DNA of 64,000 bases from Macrostomum lignano (lineage: Eukaryota). Below, in pieces: positions 1 through 10,800 of the stretch. Each line of letters starts with the position of its first letter. The first letter of the stretch is position 1. The notes beneath the pieces were generated by a model that was given only the letters and a program-made list of their open reading frames with translations, was not told where the DNA came from and searched no databases. The DNA lies in assembly GCA_002269645.1 (NCBI GenBank), contig NIVC01003560.1, positions 3,126-67,125 of the forward strand, read 5' to 3'. A program made the position numbers and the translations under genes.

Positions 1-3000
1 CCCGCTGCTCTACCAGCTGCTTCACCAGCCCGGGCACTCGGTCAATCTGGCAATGCAAATGGAAAAATTAATTCTATTGCTAATGTTTCAAATCTCTGAA
101 ACATACACATATTCTTAAAAGATCTAAGATTTATAGGTATGGGGCCCTTCTGAAATCCCATATCATATGGGATCCAAGTCACTCTCTCTAATCTCCCCGA
201 GTCACTCTCTCTAATCTCCCCGAGTCACTCTCTCTAATCTACCCCAGCCACTCTCTCTAATCTACCCCAGCCACTCTCTCTAATCTCCCCGAGTCACTCT
301 CTCTAATCTACCCCAGCCACTCTCTCTAATCTCCCCCAGTCACTCTCTAATCTCCCCGAGTCACTCTCTCTAATCTCCCCGAGTCACTCTCTCTAATCTC
401 CCCCAGTCACTCTCTCTAATCTCCCCCAGTCACTCTCTAATCTCCCCCAGTCACTCTCTAATCTCCCCCCGTCACTCTCTCTAATCTCCGAGAGTCACTC
501 TCTCTAATCTCCCCCAGCCACTCTCTCTAATCTCCCCCAGTCACTCTCTCTAATCTCCCCCAGTCACTCTCTCTAATCTCCCCCAGTCACTTTCTAATCT
601 CCCCCAGTCACTCTCTCTAATCTCCCCGAGTCACTCTCTCTAATCTCCCCCAGTCACTTTCTAATCTCCCCTAGTCACTCTCTCTAATCTCCCCCAGTCA
701 CTCTCTCTAATCTCCCCGAGTCACTCTCTCTAATCTACCCCAGCCACTCTCTCTAATCTCCCCGAGTCACTCTCTCTAATCTCCCCCAGTCACTTTCTAA
801 TCTCCCCTAGTCACTCTCTCTAATCTCCCCCAGTCACTCTCTCTAATCTCTCCCAGGCAGAACAGCAGACAGAACAGCAGGCAGAACAGCAGACAGAACA
901 GCAGACAGAACAGCAGACAGAACAGCAGACAGAACAGCAGACAGAACAGCAGACAGAAGAGCAGACAGAACAGCAGACAGACAGCAGACAGAACAGCAGA
1001 CAGAACAGCAGACAGAACAGCAGGCAGAACAGCAGACAGAACAGCAGACAGAACAGCAGGCAGAACAGCAGACAGAACAGCAGACAGAACAGCAGGCAGA
1101 ACAGCAGACAGAACAGCAGGCAGAACAGCAGACAGAACAGCAGACAGAACAGCAGACAGAACAGCAGACAGAAGAGCAGACAGAACAGCAGACAGACAGC
1201 AGACAGAACAGCAGACAGAACAGCAGACAGAAGAGCAGACAGAAGAGCAGACAGAACAGCAGACAGAAGAGCAGACAGAACAGCAGACAGAACAGCAGGC
1301 AGAACAGCAGACAGAACAGCAGACTTACCGGAACCCGGACCTGCTGTCTGGAGTCCCTCTCCCGCAGCGTGACCGTGGGCTGCCGGCAGTCGGCGGGCCA
1401 GTCGCTCAACAAATTGGAATCCAATTCGCTCAAAGCGCCCGCCTTGACCTCGGCAACTGAGTCGTAGTCAACCGTGACAGCGAACGGCACGCCGAGTTGG
1501 TCGCACCTGGCGTACCGCTTGCCAATGGAGACGCCTCGTGAGTCGGCGTCAACCAGGCCGGCGAGATTCTCGCCTACAGCCAGTCGCCGATGCAACCGAC
1601 GGATGAGCTGACGCATCTCGGCTGAGCCGCCGTTCATAGGCAGCAGGGCGCAGTGGTAGGGTGCGAGCCAAGCCGGCAGGCTCAAGCAGGTCCTCTGTTC
1701 GTCTCTGCCCGGCCTCTGCCTGTAGTTGTGCTCAAGAATGGCCGACAACAGGCGGCCGACGCCGAAACTGGGCTCAACTACGCTTGGAGTGAAGCTGCGA
1801 CTGATGAAGCGGAGTGAGAGAAAGTCGGAAATAATGGATTTTCTATTTTATATTTATCTTCTATTACTATAAGAATAAAAAAGTTAACTCCCATGGCCAT
1901 ATCAGAACAGTTGGCAAACTGCCTCTGGTCTTGCCAATTAGGATCTCAATGATACTACTTCCGTTTTCCAATTAGGATCTCAGGAAACTACTTCCGGTTT
2001 ACCTAACCTAGTTGCGATCTCAGGAAACTACTTCCGATTTTTCAAATTGGAATCTCAGGATACTACTTCCGGTTTTCCAATTAGGATCTCAGAAACTACT
2101 TCCGGTTTTCCAATTGGGATCTCAGGAAACTACTTCCGGTTTTCCAATTGGGATCTCAGGATACTACTTCCGGTTTTCCAATTGGGATCTCAGGAAACTA
2201 CTTCCGGTTTTCGTAATTGGGATCTAAGGATACTACTTCCGATTTTTCAAATTGGGATCTCAGAATACTACTTCCGGTTGTTAAATTGGGATCTCAGGAA
2301 ACTACTTCCGGTTTTCGTAATTGGGATCTCAGGAAACAAAGGAAACTACTTCCGGTTTTCCTAATTGGGATCTCAGGAAACAAAGGAAACTACTTCCGGT
2401 TTTCCTAATTGGGATCTCAGGAAACAAAGGAAACCACTTCCGGTTTTCCTAATTGGGATCTCAGGAAACAAAGGAAACTACTTCCGGTTTTCCGATAGAG
2501 TTTACGCACGTACAAAGCAAACCCGACATTTTTAAGAAAGTGTCAGAGAGCAACAGTCAAAGTCACCTGGTTCCGCCAGTCGCAGTCCGCGCAGCCACCA
2601 AGCTCTCACCGGAGGCTTCCGAGTGCCGGCTGAGATCGTAGGCGGCCCTGTCCGCGCAGCCGACGCACTCGATCCAGTCGACGCGCCCGCAGCCGTCGGT
2701 GAGGAGGCACTCGGCGTCCCAGCAGTCGGCGGCGTAGTGAGCCATCTCGCAGGGCGGGTGCTGGCGGAAGCGCAGCCTCCTGGGATCGATGCCGCATCGC
2801 TTGGTGAGGAATAGGAAGATTCTGCCAAGATAATAGCCCAGAGTCTCATGCGCCACCAGGCCTGACGCTACTGAGGCGCCCAGTTGGCGCCAAGTTGGCG
2901 CCGTCAATGCAGCCGATTGATCTTCGACGGACAGCAGAGGAAGGTTGAGCTCCGACACCGAGGCGAAGTCCGGGTGTCGGCTGAAGGGGAGCGAGTTCGA

Positions 3001-5497
3001 ATCTTGATTTGAGGCCTTTGATCTGCCCATTCATTTGTCTGTCTGATCTCATCTGTTCTCTGAGTGCTCGATAGAATCTCAAATCTCACTCGAGTCTCTA
3101 ATCATAATAACTCATCTAACCTGTATTTATGACTCAGAATCTCTAATCTCACCCATCCTCCCAGGTCATAAAATAACTCATCTCACCTGTACGAGCGTAC
3201 TCCCAGGTTATAGATAGATATAATATCTCATCTCACATGTCCTCCCAGGTCATAAAATATCTCATCTCACCTGTCCTACCAGGTCATAAAATATCTCATC
3301 TCACCTGTCCTACCAGGTCATAAAATATCTCATCTCACCTGTCCTACCAGGTCATAAAATATCTCATCTCACCTGTCCTACCAGGTCATAAAATATCTCA
3401 TCTCACCTGTCCTCCGGATCGTAGAAGTGCTCAATCTCGGCCAGCGCAAACTCCCTGAGCCGGAGCAGCCCGGACCTCGGCTGAACCTCATTCCGAAAGC
3501 TCTGACCAATCTGAGCGACCGCCATGGGCAGTCGGCCCCGATTGAAATCCAGCAACCGACGAAAGTTGGTAAAAATTCCCTGAGCAGTCTCTGGCCGAAG
3601 GAACAGGCGGTGCCGCCCACCCTGCTGCCTGCTGTCGGCGCCCGCTGCGGTATCGAACATGAGGTTAAACTCGCGGGGCTGCGTCAGGGCATTGCCTGTG
3701 CCTGGCGCCGTGATGCCGAATCTGGCAAGGATTTAATACTGAGAATACTGAGAATGGGGTGGAGTCTATTGAGAATGGGGTGGAGTCTATTGAGAATGGG
3801 GTGGAGTCTACTGAGAATGGGGTGGAGTCTATTGAGAATGGGGTGGAGTCTACTGAGAATGGGGCAGAGTCTACTTAGAATAGGGTAGGTAGAGTCTACT
3901 TAGAATGGGTGGAGAATACTTAGAATCGGGTAGAGCACTTAGAATGGAATAGAGTCTACTTAGTACAGGGTGGAGTCTGCTTAAAACAGGGTGGAGTCTA
4001 CTTAGAATCGAGCAGAGTATACTTAGAATCGGGTGGAGTACTTAGAATGGGATGAATTCTACTCAGAATGGTGTAGTCTACTTAGAATGGGATGGAGTCT
4101 ACCTAAGTTAGTTAGGGCCTAAGTCTACCAAATTGAGGGTAGTCTACTTAGAATGAGTCGAGTGAAGTCTACTTAGAGTTTATTCGCATTTTGTTGTTGT
4201 TTCAATGGCCAACTGAGAGAAAGGCAATGGTCTGTAGATTCCAGTAGAAGGGAAGAAAGGTCTTCTTCATAATTAGTTCGTAGCATTACAAGATCAGCTA
4301 ATTACCTGTCAATCAACCCCTGCAGGCCCTGCCCATCAAGCGAGCCCAGCCCAGCCAGAGCTTGCTTGGCTTCACCGCTTTGTTTTCCCTTCTTCTTTGC
4401 TAAAGACTCCAGACTCTGCCTGATAAGGTGGTCGGCCCTGTAGGACTCGCCAGTGAGACTGTCGCTTATCAGGTAGTCTGTGAATTTTTCCACGTGACCA
4501 GAGGCTCGCAGTGGCGCTTCAGGGGTTAGCACCGGACAGTCAACTTCCAGCATGCCATCAGTGAGGACAAAGAATTGTCTCCAGTCCTGCAGCAGGTGGT
4601 TTTTGACTGCACAACCAGCTGGACCAAAGTCATAAAGACCTGCAACACCTGTGGGAAATATAAATACTATAAAGTTATAGAAAAAGTCTAATTTTTTTTC
4701 CCAATTAGCCTTCCATTCTTTTTTGACTGCTAAACATATAGCTAGGAACAAATGTAATATCTAAATAATTTCTTAGATTATACTGTACATATAGTAGCTA
4801 TTAGTTAGAATATTAACTTAAACTAACAAGACTAAAATGAACATCAATAACTGTAACAAAGATGCTTACTGCTACTTACCTCCATAAATAGAGAATGACT
4901 GGTCATAATAAAATCTTTGCTTTATAAGATCATCAAGCTTGACTTTGTTCACTTGTGGAATTAGAGAAGAAAGTTCTTGAAGCTAAAAAGAAGAAATATA
5001 TAATATATTTATACCAGAATCATAGCCAATCAATGACATAGGAAATTAAAATAATTAAAAAATTTAATATCCTTAAACATACCTTTGCCTCGAGAAGTTG
5101 CTTTTTGTTTTTAAGTTTAATAACTGCTTTGTCAAGTTCTTCTGATGATGTTGTGGCTTCTTTGATTAACCTTTTAACAATGGATCCCTAAAGCAGTAAA
5201 GTGTATGCATTTTGAATTGAATAAAATTAATGCAATAATTCAGCTCATACTCATACTTTAATATAGAAAACAAGTAGTAAGAAAATGTTCATTGAAAAAG
5301 ATTTTTTAAAAGTGTAGAAGAAAGGTTGTATTCACCTGTTCTTCAACGGCCACTCGGAAAGGATGGATGGCTTTTTCTGAATCGGGTAACGAGCTACCAT
5401 CGGGATTCGACACAGGATCTTTGGAAAAAGTCGACTTAAAACGTGTACAACATCCACTACAATAGTAAGGCTTAAAGAACGTTATGCGACGCAACAT
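1..5497 (-). CDS. GARS1: Glycyl-tRNA synthetase (eukaryotic alpha2 class II), 8 exons, 3' end outside window
   Basis: Manually spliced exons 5497-5336, 5187-5083, 4982-4880, 4648-4306, 3721-3407, 2980-2567, 1800-1329, 46-<1, all GT-AG with matching phases. Motifs: WHEP-like GSIVKRLIKE...KKQLLEAK, RFYYDQSFSIYGG, GLYDFGP, SGHVEKF, FLRPETAQGIF, FRNEVQPRSGLLRLREF, EMAHYAADCWDAE, IECVGCADR, VVEPSFGVGR, SIGKRYARCDQLGVPFAVTVD, VTLRERDS. Confidence 0.95.
178..845. repeat. Intronic minisatellite, 21-24 bp unit (GTCACTCTCTCTAATCTCCCC(C/G)A)
   Basis: Directly visible tandem copies in the last GARS intron in the window. Confidence 0.95.
855..1324. repeat. 12-bp tandem repeat (CAGACAGAACAG)n
   Basis: Visible array starting right after the GARS donor GTAAGT at 1328; it produces the false CLLF/CCSV tail of ORF 843..1748. 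Confidence 0.95.
1935..2490. repeat. 34-bp minisatellite (AATTGGGATCTCAGGAAACTACTTCCGGTTTTCC); last copies about 43 bp
   Basis: Visible tandem copies in GARS intron 1801-2566. Confidence 0.95.
3080..3412. repeat. 34-bp tandem repeat that includes the GARS exon 5 donor site
   Basis: Five near-perfect copies of CCAGGTCATAAAATATCTCATCTCACCTGTCCTA (3245-3412), degenerating leftwards. Confidence 0.9.
3738..4180. repeat. 21-bp degenerate tandem repeat (GAGAATGGGGTGGAGTCTA(C/T)T)
   Basis: Visible array next to the acceptor of GARS exon 5. Confidence 0.9.
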
Positions 5498-6441
5498 TTA
5501 TGGTACAGTTACACAAGAAGATAGAAAATAAAAAACTGTGTCGTGAGCAAACAACCGTATATAAATAAGCTATCAATCACAACATACCGCAGCTAGCGTC
5601 AGACTAACCCAATCAGTCACATTCGCATTGTAAACAGATTTTTTAAAGATTCGTTTCTGTGAAAAATTACTTTTTAAAAGATCTTGTAACCCAAGACTTT
5701 AAACTAATATAAACATGGATTAAAGAGTTTTTAATATAGAATTTAAAGTATTTATTTTAAAAGAAAGCTAGCATTTGCGAAAATATTTATAAGCGTAAAT
5801 TTGGTTTGTTTTACTACTTCACTGAGTGGCTACTCTTTTTTAACTTGAGGGGAATACATATTTATTGGATCATCTCGAAAACAGCCTGAGCAGCCGAGCA
5901 GGCAGGCACAGGCAGGCTAGGCTACAGCAAGCAAGCAAGGCTGTTAAGCAAGATAAGCAAGCTGATAAGCAAGCCCTCTGGCTATACTGCGCGCGCACGT
6001 ATGACCTATTGCAACGTAGTGGTACGGAGTGCCAAAAAGCTATCGACTTAGTCCATCTACCAGATGTCCAAAAGTCAACTTTTAATTTATATAGACTGGA
6101 CCTGGAGTCTGTAGATATGCCTTATATTAGTAATAATGAGTTTGACCAGTGCTTTTGATATATTTAACTTATTATATTGTTTTTATCTGTTAAGATAGGT
6201 CCTAGGTGAGGTATAACTGACAAGAGCTATGAGTTAAAATGCTGATTCCAGTGATAAAAAGGGCAAAAATTGTAATACCCCCTTGTAATGCTCATTTGCT
6301 AACTGCATTTTCCATCACTCACATAAATGACATGAGCCACATAGCATAACTAGGGCCTATGTCAATATAGTTCATTATTGTCTATTTTTAGTTGCATCTA
6401 TCTGTTTCTACATTTTGTAATATTAATATATAACTTAGAAG

Positions 6442-7630
6442 TAGGCATTCCAATCCTAGGATCCTGGGATCCCAGGATTTAGCCTCAAAACACGGGATTT
6501 CAATCCCAGGATTTTTTAGGACTTGAAATTTCAGGATTTATGATCCTTAGGATTATAACAGTGTGGGATTGGTATCCTAGGATTGTAAGGCTTAAATCCT
6601 GGGATTGTTTTGGGATTCAAACTGATATTAATTCTCTTTTTTCAACTAAAATAATCATGTAAAATTTGAAAAAAAAGATTCAACTTAAAAAAATATGAAA
6701 TAAAACAACTGCAGCTTGCATGTCTATATCAAAATCACATATAAAAAGTAGCAAAATTTGTTAGAGCAGTTTGTTAAGCAGAAATTTTTTTTTCATTTTC
6801 ATAAGGTGTAATTTAATTTCACATGTTTGTCAGTTGCGTGATGTCTTATAACACTGTAATGTGGCATTAAACATGACATTCACTTTGATAATTTACATTG
6901 ATATTGCATAGCTAGCTATATAACCTATATTAAAATAAGTTATTATTGTTGTAACCAATTATTATCAATTATCTTTTATGGATAAATATTATTTATTATT
7001 ATCAAACAATTTTCTATTTTTACTTGTATAATAAATAAGCAAAGAGAAGTTTATTGCATAAATATACCACTTTGGACCATTAGCTATCATTATAAATATC
7101 ATAATTATACTTTGTGGTCATGGTGGAAGCTAGATGCAGATGTTTCAATACATTTGATATTGGGATCCCAGGATCCCGGGATTTTTTTGAACTTTGAAGC
7201 GGGATCCCGGGCATACATGCGCAACAGTCGGCCGAGTCGGCCGATCCGGCCGACTGATTTGGCGGCCAACCAAGGAAGTCGCAAAAATGCCCACCCGAAA
7301 AAAACGCAAAGTAGTAGTACTAAGTAGCTGACGAGGCATTTTGACTTAACAAGACAGTTATAGTTACTCCTGCCGTTTACCCAAAGTTGCGTTAATTTTG
7401 CGTTAGGGTTTTTTTTACATGTAAGTCGCATTTTTGGCCAAAAACTACGTCGCATTTTTGTTAAAACTAAGTCGCATGGCCGACCGAATTTTGGAGGTTG
7501 CGCATGTATGATCCCGGGATTACTCTCAGTTGGGATTTTCTGGGATTAGTGATCCTGGGATTTTAAACCATCGGGATTTCAGGATTTCTCAATTCCAGGA
7601 TTGTAAATTGTTGGGATTTTGGAATCCCTA
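6442..7630. mobile_element. Non-autonomous hAT-type DNA transposon
   Basis: Perfect 8-bp TSD CTTAGAAG (6434-6441 and 7631-7638), imperfect TIRs TAGG(C/G)ATTCCAA, many subterminal GGGAT/ATCCC repeats, no transposase. Confidence 0.85.
7212..7510. mobile_element. hAT-type MITE nested in the 6442-7630 element
   Basis: Perfect 14-bp TIR CATACATGCGCAAC / GTTGCGCATGTATG; 8-bp TSD ATCCCGGG (7204-7211 and 7511-7518). Confidence 0.9.
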
Positions 7631-7887
7631 CTTAGAAGCAGTTTTGGTTATTATTTTTAGCTCTTTATTTCTTGTACAATTATAAATACAAGAAGAATAT
7701 AATATAAGTAGTTTAAAATCAAATATTCAATATAGACTAGGGCTCTTTAGGCCAGCTGATATTTAAAAAAAAAGAATTTAAATATTTTTTTTAATTTTCA
7801 GCTATATTATAGACACAAGTCAAATATCATTATGTGCTCAATTCCTCAGTCTGTGAGTGAGCAGATATTTGATCACCCAGTCGTAAT

Positions 7888-10800
7888 ATGGTAAGTTATT
7901 TAATTTTTTATAAGAGAGCTACTAACTAGGTCCTAAGCAAAAAAATAAAAATAGAGAAAGTAAAGTGTAATAGTGATACTAAGACATTTAAAGCAAACTT
8001 GAAGATGGTAAAGCAGTGATGTGTTTAGAAACAGTGAAGATTAATATGAGATCTAAAGATAAATTACCAATAGGTTTATAAAGACTAACTGCTAGCTTCC
8101 TATCTCTCAACCCCCCATCCCCAGTGGTAGCTATAGGGGTCAAGAGCGAGCTGCAGAGACTGTATGGTTTGGCTCATCACCTGAGTATGTGCCAGCCCTG
8201 CCACTGGCTGCCCTGGACTCCAGTGTTTTTGCTGCCTGCACTGGTCCTGACGATGGACTGGCTGATGCATCACTCGCTGTCTATGATCGAAAGCCATCAT
8301 TAGCTGGCAATGGTGAGTCACTGTCATGTAAGGGAGGCAACAGCCTCGAGTGTGCGCCTAAATTGATGTTCAGCATGCCAAAATTGCCCTATTGACTTAC
8401 CATAATGGTGCCAAAACTGCCCTTACAAAAGTAGCACCAAACTTGATGTACCAAAATGGCGCCAAAACTGACCTTACCGAAATGACGCCAAAAATGACCT
8501 ACCAAAATGGCGCCAAAGTTGACGTATCAAAAATGGCGCCAAAACTGACCTTACAAAAGTAGCACCGAAATTGATGTACCAAAATGGCGCCAAAACTGAC
8601 ATTACCGAAATGTCGCCAAAGCTGACGTACCTGAATGGCGCTAAAGTTAACCCACCAAAAAGGTGGCAAAAAGACCTTACCAAATTGGCGCCAAAAATGA
8701 CCTACCAAAATGGCGCCAAAACTGACCTACCAAATTGGCGCCAAAACTGACCTTACCAAAATGGCGCCAAAACTGACCTTACCAAAATGGCGCCAGAGCT
8801 GACCTTACCAAAGTGGCGCCAAAACTGACCTACCAAAATGGCGCCAAAACTGACCTACCAAAATGGCGCCAAAACTGATCTACCAAATTGGCGCCAAAAC
8901 TGACCTTACAAAACTGGCGATTCAAGACTGTTAAGTTACTCTTAATTGATTACTCTGGAGGATGTTGTTGAATTTGTACGGCATCAAAATTTACTGACCA
9001 TTTTGTTATTTTAAAACCTCTCTCAGGCCTGCAGTCAACTAAAGTCCCGGGTTCGATCGCCACAGATGCGGAATTTTGGCGTCAAACGTCCCGAAAAGCG
9101 TTCGGCTCGGCCATCAGTTTGTACGACACCAGCCCCGTCACCAAAAGGGTGTCAGGTGACCCAATCGCAGACTGTTTTGGACTGGTTGCTAGGGGCAACT
9201 CGGCTGTCCTGGCCGTGGCTGATGGAGTGAACTGGGGCGAGAAAAGTCGCCTGGCTGCCAGGGCGGCTGTGAGAGCCGGTCTGATGCACGCTAACAGGTT
9301 GGTGAATGGCGTGAATGATGCTTCATTTAGTTTGTGAATGGCGTGAATGATGCTTCATTTAGTTTGTGAATGGCGTGAATGATGCTTCATTTAGTTTGTG
9401 AATGGCGTGAATGATGCTTCATTTAGTTTGTGAATGGCGTGAATGATGCTTCATTTAGTTTGTGAAAGGCGTGAATGATGCTTCATTTAGTTTGTGAATG
9501 GCGTGAATGATGCTTCATTTAGTTTGTGAATGGCGTGAATGATGCTTCATTTAGTTTGTGAATGGCGTGAATGATGCTTCATTTAGTTTGTGAATGGCGT
9601 GAATGATGCTTCATTTAGTTTTTGAATGGCGTGAATAATGCTTCATTTATTTTGTGAATGGCGTGAATGATGCTTCATTTAGTTCTTGAATGGCGTGAAT
9701 GATGCTTCATTTAGTTTTTGAATGGCGTGAATAATGCTTCATTTAGTTTGTGAATGGCGTGAATGATGCTTCATTTAGTTTTTGAATGGCGTGAATAATG
9801 CTTCATTTAGTTTGTGAATGGCGTGAATGATGCTTCATTTAGTTTTTGAATGGCGTGAATAATGCTTCATTTATTTGGTGAATGGCGTGAATGATGCTTC
9901 ATTTAGTTTTTGAATGGCGTGAATAGTTTGTGAATGGAGTGAATGATGCTACATTTAGTTTGTGAATGGCGTGAACAATGATTAGGCCTAATCAATTTTT
10001 TCAATGATGTGAATGATGCGTAATTAAGTTTGCAAATGTCGTGAATGTTGTTTGATAAGTTAGTGAATGACGAATAAAGCTTATTTAAGTTTGTGAACGG
10101 CATGAATGATGCTTACCTAAGTTTTTTAATATCGTGAATAATTTTTCGTTGCGTTAAGTGAATAGGCGTGAGTGATGCTTCATTTAGCTGATGAATAGCG
10201 TGAATGATGCTCTTAAACAGGGTCAGTGAATGGCGCGAAGGATGCTTAAATTCAAGTGTTGTTTAATTTAGTGCATGCTTAACCCGCGTTTGTGAATGGC
10301 GTGAGTTGTTCTTTTAAAAAAACATCAGATTTAGGGTTAAACTTAATTAATTCTAGAATGTAGATTAGTGAGTAGGCACTAGCGTGAATTGATTGAATCA
10401 TCCATCTCCCCTCTGGCAGCTACGCCGCCCTCCCTGACGCCCTGCCGGACACGCGCAAAAGTCTCAGCGTCCTGCTCGAGTCCTTCACCGCCGCTCACTC
10501 GGCCATCCTGCGCGCCCAAGGCGGCCTGACCACCCTGTGCATCGCCGCCGCCCTGCCGCTGGCCCGGCCGCCCCAGTTCGCCGTCTGCTGCGTAAATCTT
10601 GGCGACACATTCGCCTACGTGTGGTCGAAATCGCGCGGACTTCGCGAACTCACCGTCGGCTCGCACGATGTCTGGTCGGCGCGCGACTTGCGCGACGCCG
10701 GCGGCGCTTTGGGACCGGCGCGCGAAGGCTCCCAACCGGAGCTGCACAACTTGACCTGCTCGCTAACCGTCTGCGACCCCGGCGACCTGCTGTTCCTGGC

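Noticed and set aside
5865-6158. 97-aa ORF between GARS and the PP2C-like gene
   Set aside because: TTG start, low-complexity content and no motif; more likely promoter or 5' UTR sequence.
8341-8930. MITE boundaries around the GGCGCC array (CAGCCTCGAG... / ...TTCAAGACTG)
   Set aside because: The IR is too degenerate and the flanks show no TSD; reported only as a repeat.
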